From the NCBI GenBank assembly GCA_001794025.1, contig MGJA01000007.1:219-64218 (forward strand): a stretch of DNA of 64,000 bases. Direction: 5' to 3'. Source of the stretch: Candidatus Yanofskybacteria bacterium RIFCSPHIGHO2_01_FULL_41_21. GTDB taxonomy: Bacteria > Patescibacteriota > Minisyncoccia > 2-02-FULL-40-12 > GWA2-44-9. Every line of letters begins with the position of its first letter. The stretch's first letter is position 1. The position numbers and the translations under genes were made by a program. A model generated the notes under the pieces. The model worked only from the letters and a program-made list of their open reading frames with translations. It ran no database searches and was not told the origin of the DNA. Below, piece by piece: positions 20,403 to 28,364 of the stretch.

Positions 20403-21074
20403 TTACTTTTCGTCGCCTGAAAAGCGACGGCTCATAGCAAGGGCTTCCTCAGAAGAAGTCTCTCGCATGAGCTCCCTCAAACTCTTACCGCCCTTTTGGG
20501 GCGATGGCGGAACCGACTGGCTCGAGGAGGTGGTTGGCAACGTGGCTTGTGGAACCGTCTGCTCCGGGACACAGACGTATCCCTGAGGACAACCCTGCGC
20601 CACAGTGGCCGGCGCGGCCTGTTGAGTCTCAGGAGCCACCGGAGTAGTGGCAACGACCTGCGACGTCGGCAACGTCGGGGTCGTCATATCAACGTTCGGT
20701 GCGGCCTGTCCAGCAGTCGGCGCGACGGTGGCCTTTGCCGAACCCCACCAGGAACTCGGCGACCACAGCGAGAACGACCTCGCTGTCGCCGTTGCCGCCG
20801 GCCAGAGATCCGTACTCACCCGATTGTACAGAGTCACTCCCAACAGGAGCAGTCCGACAATCAGAACGATCCGCCAGATACCGTTGAACACTCGCAAGAT
20901 AGTGGCTCGGAAGTGCCACCCCGCTCCCAGAAGGATAATTAGGATGATCCAGAACCACCACGACTTGATGTCCATGGAGGACAGGATCGAGATCATGATA
21001 CCCGCGAGAAGAAGAATCCCCCCTCGTAGATACAAAAGGCCGGGACCCAGAAGCCATGCAATAACCCTTGCCAT
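20403..21074 (-). CDS. hypothetical membrane protein (GC-rich island)
   Basis: Four TM helices, then a T/P/Q-rich tail. About 60% GC against the ~40% bulk. Confidence 0.5.
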   Translation of the reverse strand: MARVIAWLLGPGLLYLRGGILLLAGIMISILSSMDIKSWWFWIILIILLGAGWHFRATILRVFNGIWRIVLIVGLLLLGVTLYNRVSTDLWPAATATARSFSLWSPSSWWGSAKATVAPTAGQAAPNVDMTTPTLPTSQVVATTPVAPETQQAAPATVAQGCPQGYVCVPEQTVPQATLPTTSSSQSVPPSPQKGGKSLRELMRETSSEEALAMSRRFSGDEK

Positions 21075-21151
21075 AGTATCACCTCATAGAAAAGAGTTTT
21101 GTCAGGCGAGGCGGGATGCCTCGCCTGACGAGTTGTATTTCTCTACCCCAC

Positions 21152-22174
21152 CTACTGACGGCAGGGCTGCCCCTCGCACTTCGACGAGATAATCCAACCC
21201 TCCGAACCGCCCAGCGACACCCAATCCATATCGATGCCGGTGACGGGAACCGCCTGCCCGTTCTTCTGGCGATACACGAGGGCGTTGACCCCCGTGTTTC
21301 CCGCGGGGAGGATGAAAATCCTTTCCTCACCTGGCGGAACCAAGCACTGGTCAAGCGACCCGTCCTTGGCCATCAGGAGGAGATCGGACTCCCACATGTT
21401 GATGTAGATCGAACCACGCGCGACGTCCTTGACGTCGCGTGGGGTCAGGTCGTACTTGGAAAGCTGTTCCAGAAGGGTAATCCTAGTCCAGCACTTGCCA
21501 TACAGTTGCCTGGCAAGGGCCGAAACCATCAGGTTTTCCTCGGTAAAGGCCCTTTGAGGGGCCAACACCGGAGGTGCCTGCTGGTAGACCATCTCTTGAT
21601 CCGCCTGCTGGCCGGGATACGAAGACGTCTGGGACTGCTGCCCCGCCGGCATCTGCTGGACCTGCGGGTCATCCTCCATGAGGATTTCACCGCGAGGGGC
21701 TTTGGGTTCCCCTCTATACCTGGAATCGTTGGTGAGAACGGCACCTGCCGCTGCCTCTACCCAGCCCCATGGACTTCTGGGGTTGATGGCCGCTCGACGA
21801 ATACCGTCAACAACCATCACGATTCCCGCACCACGCTCAATGCGCTGACGCATGTTTGGAGGGAGATGCCGCATTTGTTCATTGTACAAAGGGAAGAACC
21901 CTCGAGGGTTACTTACCCCGTACATACGTGCCTCTTCATTCCACCCGAAATCGCTGACCACCGTCCGAATCCGGGCACGACGGTACTGATCACCCATCCG
22001 ACGGACCATCGCCAAATTGTCGGCAGTGAGCATTCCCACCTGGTCCCCACGAACCAGGTAGTACCAACCTTCAATCGACTGGGGCACGTATCCCCAACGG
22101 ATCTGCGCGTTGGCCGTGGTGGCCGACGCGAGAAGTACGAGAACAGCGAACAGCGCGAGAATCATCTTCTTCAT
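21152..22174 (-). CDS. hypothetical secreted protein (GC-rich island)
   Basis: The start is set at MKKMILALFAVLVLLASATTANA (signal peptide), with AGGAG 7 nt upstream. Q-rich linker. GC-rich. Confidence 0.5.
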   Translation of the reverse strand: MKKMILALFAVLVLLASATTANAQIRWGYVPQSIEGWYYLVRGDQVGMLTADNLAMVRRMGDQYRRARIRTVVSDFGWNEEARMYGVSNPRGFFPLYNEQMRHLPPNMRQRIERGAGIVMVVDGIRRAAINPRSPWGWVEAAAGAVLTNDSRYRGEPKAPRGEILMEDDPQVQQMPAGQQSQTSSYPGQQADQEMVYQQAPPVLAPQRAFTEENLMVSALARQLYGKCWTRITLLEQLSKYDLTPRDVKDVARGSIYINMWESDLLLMAKDGSLDQCLVPPGEERIFILPAGNTGVNALVYRQKNGQAVPVTGIDMDWVSLGGSEGWIISSKCEGQPCRQ

Positions 22175-22273
22175 GGCACTCTCCTGAAAGCCCCTGCGCA
22201 TCATGCACAAGGGCGAAAACGAACTGAACTTATTTGATTGTCAGGGTACATCCCTAACCATCTGAATACTTCT

Positions 22274-22301
22274 ATTATATCACCTTTTGATTATTTTGTA
22301 A
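22274..22301 (-). promoter_or_regulatory. sigma70-like promoter for the GC-rich operon
   Basis: On the minus strand: TTACAA, a 16-bp spacer ending in TGA (extended -10), then TATAAT. It lies ~55 nt upstream of the likely CDS start at 22174. Confidence 0.35.
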
Positions 22302-22404
22302 AGCTTGACTTTATGCCCTAAAAATGGCCTTATTTTAATCCCCTTTTGCTGTTTTTGTTTAGAATTGAAATTTTTTCTATTTCCTAATTTCTATTTCCTA
22401 AAAC

Positions 22405-22776
22405 CTATTCAATATTTTTATAGTGTCTTATTTTTGCCACTCCCCGCTCTTTCACAAAAGCAACGGCAACTACATCCATCTGCCATGGTTGATCGTCTGG
22501 ATAATGATTGTCCGAAAGGTACGTCCGAGCAATGCGAGCCATCCGATGACGCTTATCGGTATTCACTCGAAGCTCTGGTTCAAAACCCGCAATATCTTTT
22601 TTGCTGGCTTTGACTTCCACGAAAATAACTATCCCCTCTTTCTCAACAATGATATCAATTTCACCCCATGGTTTACGATAATTGTGCCCCTTGATTTCAT
22701 AACCTTTGGATTTTAAATATTCAGCCGCATAATGTTCGGCAAAAAATCCCAGTTCACTTGTTCCTCTTAATGGCAT
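22405..22776 (-). CDS. yraN: YraN-family (UPF0102) endonuclease
   Basis: A ~120-aa protein with the YLKSKGYEI...GEIDII...VFVEVK pattern. Confidence 0.75.
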   Translation of the reverse strand: MPLRGTSELGFFAEHYAAEYLKSKGYEIKGHNYRKPWGEIDIIVEKEGIVIFVEVKASKKDIAGFEPELRVNTDKRHRMARIARTYLSDNHYPDDQPWQMDVVAVAFVKERGVAKIRHYKNIE

Positions 22777-22798
22777 AGATGAAATTTAACACTTTTTT

Positions 22799-22821
22799 CT
22801 ATCCACACGGTGTGGATAGAA
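22799..22821. promoter_or_regulatory. 23-bp perfect palindrome in the divergent yraN / M23-peptidase promoter region
   Basis: tctatccacac-g-gtgtggataga. Each half resembles a DnaA box (TTATCCACA, 8/9 match). Confidence 0.3.
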
Positions 22822-22825
22822 CTGA

Positions 22826-24067
22826 TTGACCTTTGGGGGTCAAGTATGGTACCTTAGGTGTACGTTCTCGCAAGAGAATTTTTCCGTTCTTAGGCCATTT
22901 TTAGCCCCCGATCCCATTAGGACTATCCTCACAAATAAAGCTCGCAAAGTTCAAACGGCCGTTCGGCCTTTTTCGTGTCATCTCGGACGCTTTCTTAAAT
23001 CTGAAAGGAACCAGCTTGGAATAATCCTTGGAATTGCTCTCATCCTTATTATCATTAAGGGGCCGGGGAGTAACCAATCGGGTATTATCGGTAATGTCGT
23101 CCGGCATTACATAGAGGAAACATCGGCCTCTATCATCCCAACTGATAAAAACTCCCAACTAACTGACATCGGCAGTTTGATGGGTGGAAGCACTTCAATC
23201 ATTTATCCAGCTAACCCCTCAACTATTTATGAAGGTCGGGGAGGTCCTGGAGAAGATACTCCACCAGAAACATATACCATTCAAAATAGTTCTATTCAAA
23301 GTATTGATTCGGCCTCAACCGACTATCTCAACGATATCAAGCCAAACAAGATTATTGAGTACACCATCCAACCCGGAGACGCTTTATCATTTATCGCTTC
23401 CGACTATGGAGTAACCGTCAATGATATTATTTGGGCAAACAATTTAAAGGACGTGGATAGCATCAAACCGGAACAAATTATAAGGATTCCGCCGGTCTCT
23501 GGGGTTATATATAAAATCAAAAGTGGCGATACTGTAAGTTTAATCGCTAAAAAATATGGGATTGATGAAGAAAAAATCAAATCTTTCAACGATATTTCTG
23601 AAAATGGCAATTTAAATATAAACGACGAAATAATAGTACCAGGAGGCAAAATGACGACGCAACCTAAAACCAAAGTCCAGACAGCAACGTCAACATTTGC
23701 CCATTTACCCAACCTTGGTGACTATTTTGCGCTTCCAACTAAGGGCCGAATTAGCCAAGGGCTTCACGGAAGAAATGGAGTAGATATTGCGGCTTCCTGT
23801 GGTACTAGTATTTTCGCCGATGCTGATGGAACAGCAACGACAGTTGATGATACTGGATATAACGGGGGATTTGGTAAATTAATTAAATTATCTCATCCCA
23901 ATGGCACGGAATCACTTTTTGGTCATGCCAACAAACTTTTAATAACCGTCGGACAAGTAGTCATTAAAGGTCAATTAATAGCCATTATGGGCAGTACTGG
24001 CCGTTCTACTGGTTGCCACCTTCACTGGGAGGTTCATGGTGCTAAGCACCCATTATCTGGATCTTAG
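22826..24067 (+). CDS. LysM-domain M23-family metallopeptidase
   Basis: TM anchor, two LysM repeats (YTIQPGDALSFIA..., YKIKSGDTVSLIA...), and an M23 core (HxxxD...GSTGRSTGCHLHWEVH). Confidence 0.8.
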   Translation: MTFGGQVWYLRCTFSQENFSVLRPFLAPDPIRTILTNKARKVQTAVRPFSCHLGRFLKSERNQLGIILGIALILIIIKGPGSNQSGIIGNVVRHYIEETSASIIPTDKNSQLTDIGSLMGGSTSIIYPANPSTIYEGRGGPGEDTPPETYTIQNSSIQSIDSASTDYLNDIKPNKIIEYTIQPGDALSFIASDYGVTVNDIIWANNLKDVDSIKPEQIIRIPPVSGVIYKIKSGDTVSLIAKKYGIDEEKIKSFNDISENGNLNINDEIIVPGGKMTTQPKTKVQTATSTFAHLPNLGDYFALPTKGRISQGLHGRNGVDIAASCGTSIFADADGTATTVDDTGYNGGFGKLIKLSHPNGTESLFGHANKLLITVGQVVIKGQLIAIMGSTGRSTGCHLHWEVHGAKHPLSGS

Positions 24068-24104
24068 AACAGGTTCCTCGCTTTAAAAAATCAAATATTC
24101 CAAC

Positions 24105-24130
24105 AAAAAATCGCCTAAAGGCGATTTTTT
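24105..24130. terminator. bidirectional rho-independent terminator
   Basis: aaaaaatcgcc-taaa-ggcgatttttt between convergent genes. Confidence 0.6.
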
Positions 24131-24157
24131 GTTTCGGACGGAACTAATATAAAAAAC

Positions 24158-25696
24158 TTAATTACTTTCTCCCAGTAACTTCTCATTAATCTTGAGAGAA
24201 ATTGCTTCGGCAATATGATTAGGTTTGATTAATTCTGACTTATCCAAATCGGCAATTGTCCGACTAAGTTTCTTTATTTTGTGGTATGCCCGAAGAGATA
24301 ACGCCCTAGATGCCACCGCATTTTGAAGAAGTTTTTCCGCTTCCGGTTCCAATTGGCACCATTTATCAATGTTTTTATAAGATATTTCAGCATTAGTAAA
24401 TATTTTTGAATTCCTAAATCTGACAAGTTGGGTAGCCCGAGCATTAGCCACTTTTTCTCTTATTTCATTGAACTTTTTGATCGGCATTGGCTCTTGATTG
24501 ATTGTTGACGTTTCTCTCGGAACATTAATTTGAATATCAATTCTATCCAAGAGGGGACCGGAGATTTTCTTGCGATAACGGATAACATTCATGGGTGAAC
24601 AAATACAATCGGCCCTTAACTCACCATAATTACCGCACGGACAAGGATTCATTGCAGCGACAAGAGTAAATTTAGCGGGTAATTGTATTGATCCAGATGC
24701 CCTAGAGACCGTGATTAGACCCTCTTCAAGCGGTTCTCTTAAACTTTCCAGAACATGACGGGGAAATTCGGGCAATTCATCAAGAAACAAAATTCCTCTA
24801 TGAGCTAAACTAATTTCTCCTGGTTTAGGGCTGGTCCCACCACCAACCATAGCTGGAGCTGAACTTGTATGATGTGGGCTACGAAATGGACGATTAGACA
24901 TAAGGGACGAGCCATTCACAAGGCCTAGAGAACTATAAATACGAGTTACTTCAATTGCTTCAGGAAACGAAAGATTAGGCATTAAATCAACTAGGGCCTT
25001 GGCCAAAAGGGTCTTCCCAGAACCCGGGGGACCACTCATAAGAATATTATGCCCACCAGCCGCAGCCACCATTAGAGCGTGTTTGGCGGTTTCTTGACCC
25101 TTTATTAAACGGAATGCTTCACCATCATCTTCAGAGATAATTGTCTTAGGTGCTTGATATTTTGCTGGCTTCAAAGGTTTTATTCCACTCAAATGATCAA
25201 TGAGTTCAGTAATGGTACTCGCCCCAAACACATTCAAACCTTTAATAATTGAGGCCTCACCGGCATTAGTGACAGGAACAATAATCTCTTTAAATCCTAG
25301 ATTTTTAGCTAATATTGCGGCTGAAAGGACACCATTAACTGGTTTTATAGCTCCATTTAGAGACAATTCACCTAAAAACACTTTATCTGACGTATCAAAT
25401 TTTACTTGTCCTGTTTCTAAAAGGTACCCAACTGCAATAGGTAAGTCATAAGCAGGACCTTCTTTACGAATGTCGGCTGGGGCAAGATTTATGATAATTC
25501 TCTTGTGTTTTGCACTAGGAGGAATAAGGGCATTTGTCCGGATAGCCGAAGCGATTCTTTCTTTGGATTCTTGAACGGCTTTATCGGGCAAACCGACAAT
25601 ATTAAAAGCGTGTAAACCGGGAGTTGAATCAACCTCAACTTCAATCAGTTGAGCATCAATTCCGTTTATTGAGGCCGAGAATAGGCGAACAGACAC
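24158..25696 (-). CDS. comM: YifB/ComM-family Mg-chelatase-like AAA+ ATPase
   Basis: ChlI-type AAA+ motifs (GPPGSGKT, and DELPEF as Walker B) and a C-terminal ComM tail. Confidence 0.85.
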   Translation of the reverse strand: MSVRLFSASINGIDAQLIEVEVDSTPGLHAFNIVGLPDKAVQESKERIASAIRTNALIPPSAKHKRIIINLAPADIRKEGPAYDLPIAVGYLLETGQVKFDTSDKVFLGELSLNGAIKPVNGVLSAAILAKNLGFKEIIVPVTNAGEASIIKGLNVFGASTITELIDHLSGIKPLKPAKYQAPKTIISEDDGEAFRLIKGQETAKHALMVAAAGGHNILMSGPPGSGKTLLAKALVDLMPNLSFPEAIEVTRIYSSLGLVNGSSLMSNRPFRSPHHTSSAPAMVGGGTSPKPGEISLAHRGILFLDELPEFPRHVLESLREPLEEGLITVSRASGSIQLPAKFTLVAAMNPCPCGNYGELRADCICSPMNVIRYRKKISGPLLDRIDIQINVPRETSTINQEPMPIKKFNEIREKVANARATQLVRFRNSKIFTNAEISYKNIDKWCQLEPEAEKLLQNAVASRALSLRAYHKIKKLSRTIADLDKSELIKPNHIAEAISLKINEKLLGESN

Positions 25697-25719
25697 AAGA
25701 GTGGAAAGTTAAAACAAAA

Positions 25720-26076
25720 TTATCCGGCACAATCAATACAAAATTGGGCCATAGGCATAGCCAAAAGACGTTCTATGGGAATTTCTACGCCACATTTCTC
25801 ACAAATGCCGTAGTGGCCCGTTTTGAGCTTCTCCTGGGCTTTTAAAATGGCCTCTAGGTGATGTTTGAGTTCTTGTTCAAGGGCTGTATTGGTTTCCGTA
25901 ATTGTTGCTTCGCGAGCAATATCATCTTCACGAACATCTCCCTCGTAATCAGCTGGTATGGGCTGAAATCCACCTGAAGCCGGATCAGCAACTGCAACCT
26001 CTCCCAATTCTTTACGGGCTAGAATTTCTTCCTCCTTTAATAATTGGGTTAATTTTTCTAAATCTTGGGAAGTCAT
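25720..26076 (-). CDS. DksA/TraR-family zinc-finger protein
   Basis: Coiled-coil N-terminus and a C4 finger, CEKCGVEI...FCIDC. Confidence 0.7.
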   Translation of the reverse strand: MTSQDLEKLTQLLKEEEILARKELGEVAVADPASGGFQPIPADYEGDVREDDIAREATITETNTALEQELKHHLEAILKAQEKLKTGHYGICEKCGVEIPIERLLAMPMAQFCIDCAG

Positions 26077-26210
26077 AGAACTTATGTTATTCCAATGTAT
26101 AAAAAAAGCAACAAGGAGCGAAGGCGACGCAGTGCCCTGCGAGAGTACGAGCGGGTATAAACAAGAAATAAAAGAGGACCCAGATAGTCGCTTTTAAGAT
26201 TTAATTGCGA

Positions 26211-26503
26211 GTGTGACACTGAGTCCCCAAGCCCAATTTTGCCGGCGGTCCATAATTATTATCAAACCTCCAGCTACTTTCAAAGATCTATAACTGCAAC
26301 TTACCCTTACTCATCTAGTATAGTGCCATGGTGACACTGGTGTCAATGTGGATAAGTGTCACCAAAAATGTCACCAGTTTTATAAATGTCACCATCATCA
26401 AATAAATGGCTTAAACAGGTGTCTTTTAATGGTGACACGATGGTGACATTTATAAATGTCACCATGTCACTAGTGTCACCAAAAATGTCACTTAGTGACA
26501 GGA
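26211..26503. repeat. dense array of TGTCACC / GGTGACA motifs (at least 12 copies) with larger repeated units and one consensus DnaA box
   Basis: gtgtcaccaaaaatgtcac occurs twice and tttataaatgtcaccat occurs twice. TGTGGATAA at 26347-26355 is a perfect DnaA box. Confidence 0.6.
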
Positions 26504-26507
26504 TATA

Positions 26508-26543
26508 AACACCCCGCCTTTTTATAAAAAGGCGGGGTGTTTA
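26508..26543 (-). terminator. hairpin terminator
   Basis: 11-bp stem aacaccccgcc / ggcggggtgtt immediately downstream of the stop at 26566. Confidence 0.45.
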
Positions 26544-26565
26544 ATTAAAAACTATTTAAGGACTT

Positions 26566-28029
26566 CTATTTTCCTAGAACCGCGAAAGAATCGATGGTTG
26601 CAAACATTGCTTCACGAGAACCGGCAATAATCAAATAGGTCTTTCCGTTATATTGCATCAGGGCATAATCAATGGAGTGATCGGGATAAGGAAAATTCTT
26701 AAAGTGGACTGATACACCACTATAATTAGTGGTCAAAAATGGACCGATATTTTTGGCCGGTGTAATACCCATAATCCCTGCCAAATCATTGCTCATGGTT
26801 GATTCCCAACCCTGAAGAATACTGGCGGAGGAGCTGGCTATTTCACTAATTATTACAAATCGAGAACCCGGAATTGTGTTGGTGGCCGGCTGACCTTTAC
26901 TGTCAAAAGATTCTTTTTGGCCGTACAACAAGAATTTATAATTTTGACCCAGTGCTGTTTGAAATGCTGGCGGATACGATACCACAAAGCGATTTAAGAG
27001 ACCGGAAATTGTAAGGGGTTGAGCGCTACTAGAGGAAGCCCCGCTAGATATATCCATCACGACAAAGGTCTGGGAAGTTACAGGTTGGGCACCAATACTA
27101 TTGCTAAATGCAGTCGTTGGATCTCCGGATTGTGGGAGAACAATTGTTCCACCCCGAGTTGTAAATATTGTAGATAATACATCCGGGTTTGGTGTGGCGG
27201 TAGGACGGGGAGTGAAGGTAGGAATTGGGGACTCCATGGCAACTTGGTCGGTACGAATCATAAAATACCAATAAAGACCGCCGAGAAGGACTACTGCTAC
27301 AGCAATACCAACAAAGATAAGATTCCTTGAATTTGAACCGGAACCAACCGGTTTATCCTCTGTTGGTGGAACATAGAATTGATTCTTTTGATCAAATTTT
27401 GTTTCTGGCGCTCTAGTGGACGGAGTAGCTGGAGGCATAACCGGACGGGGAATTGGGGCAGGAGTTGGGGTTTTCGGTGTCTGACTTTGATTGGGAGCAG
27501 TCGACAAAGGGGCTGATTTTGTGGCCGAAGGCATACTCGCAGTTGGTCCTGATTTTGGTGACATTGGAACGGGAGTAGTCGGAACAACTGGAGTAACCGG
27601 AGCTGTTGGGATATTATCAATCTTCCTGGGAATATTAACACCTTGAGGTTGTTGACCGGCTTTAATCTTAGCCATGTCATCAGCCATTGTCCGAATAGAT
27701 GATTGGTATTCTTTTGGAACTGAAGGAGTAACTGGTGGTGTCCCGATTCCTCCCCCGACTGGAGTCGAGGGTTGAGGAATCGAGGATCCTCGACTTTGAG
27801 ACACCGACGGAGTCGGTGGTAAAGTCGGGAGAGGAGTCGGACGGGAAGGCATACTTGGAGTTAAAGGAGCCGGCGCCGGCTGTGGTATTGGTTTTGGCGC
27901 CTGATTTGGAATAGAAGAAGTTGGCCCATTAGCAGACGCAGGTGGATAATTTTGCGGACGACTTAATTCTTTAACTAAATCATCTATGTTTGATTGGGGA
28001 ACTGATGAGTTTGGACTTTTGTCGTCCAT
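26566..28029 (-). CDS. hypothetical Pro/Thr-rich membrane-anchored protein
   Basis: A long P/T/S-rich low-complexity N-terminal half, one TM helix (LIFVGIAVAVVLLGGLYWYFMI), and a C-terminal globular domain. Confidence 0.55.
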   Translation of the reverse strand: MDDKSPNSSVPQSNIDDLVKELSRPQNYPPASANGPTSSIPNQAPKPIPQPAPAPLTPSMPSRPTPLPTLPPTPSVSQSRGSSIPQPSTPVGGGIGTPPVTPSVPKEYQSSIRTMADDMAKIKAGQQPQGVNIPRKIDNIPTAPVTPVVPTTPVPMSPKSGPTASMPSATKSAPLSTAPNQSQTPKTPTPAPIPRPVMPPATPSTRAPETKFDQKNQFYVPPTEDKPVGSGSNSRNLIFVGIAVAVVLLGGLYWYFMIRTDQVAMESPIPTFTPRPTATPNPDVLSTIFTTRGGTIVLPQSGDPTTAFSNSIGAQPVTSQTFVVMDISSGASSSSAQPLTISGLLNRFVVSYPPAFQTALGQNYKFLLYGQKESFDSKGQPATNTIPGSRFVIISEIASSSASILQGWESTMSNDLAGIMGITPAKNIGPFLTTNYSGVSVHFKNFPYPDHSIDYALMQYNGKTYLIIAGSREAMFATIDSFAVLGK

Positions 28030-28094
28030 AGTGGTGAGAATTAATTTATTACTATCAGCATATCACAAGCGCAAATTATTTTATACACACCGCT

Positions 28095-28305
28095 CCACCG
28101 TTGTCATTTGTTTACGGCTTCCTCTCGGACTATTTCTGGTCGCCTCTCCTTATTTCTCCGACCGTCCGAAGCAACTTCTGTCAGGCCATGCGGCTCGCCT
28201 TTGGCGACCCGTTCCTGACATCTTCGGGCCGGTACCCGGAGAAATAACGTCGAAGCTTCCGAAATAGAACCGATTGTGCAGATGCAAACAAATGACAACG
28301 GCTTC
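28095..28305. ncRNA. candidate structured RNA or MITE-like element (rod-like nested inverted repeats, ~210 nt)
   Basis: Outer 16-bp perfect stem (aaacaaatgacaacgg and its complement), then nested helices ctatttc/gaaatag, ttatttctccg/cggagaaataa and ctgtcagg/cctgacag. There are no tRNA, tmRNA or RNase P motifs. Confidence 0.25.
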
Positions 28306-28364
28306 GCTCAATTTTAAAATTAACAAAAGACCGCCAGAAGGGCCGTCTTTTGTTAATAATTTAC

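Noticed and set aside
20496-22237. Long plus-strand ORFs (20496-20942, 20647-21192, 21116-22237) in the GC-rich island
   Set aside because: They are antisense to better-supported minus-strand genes with signal peptides or TM helices, an RBS and a terminator. High GC inflates spurious ORF length, and the products are Arg/Pro-rich low-complexity translations.
26211-26503. Considered whether the TGTCACC motif array is a CRISPR array
   Set aside because: The repeats are about 7 nt, irregularly spaced and in both orientations. There are no uniform 25-40-nt direct repeats with unique spacers, and no cas genes are nearby.
28095-28305. Whether the structured element is a tRNA, tmRNA or RNase P RNA
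   Set aside because: It has no cloverleaf, no tag-peptide reading frame ending in ALAA with a CCA-acceptor mimic, and no RNase P conserved P4 motifs. It is left as an unclassified structured element.
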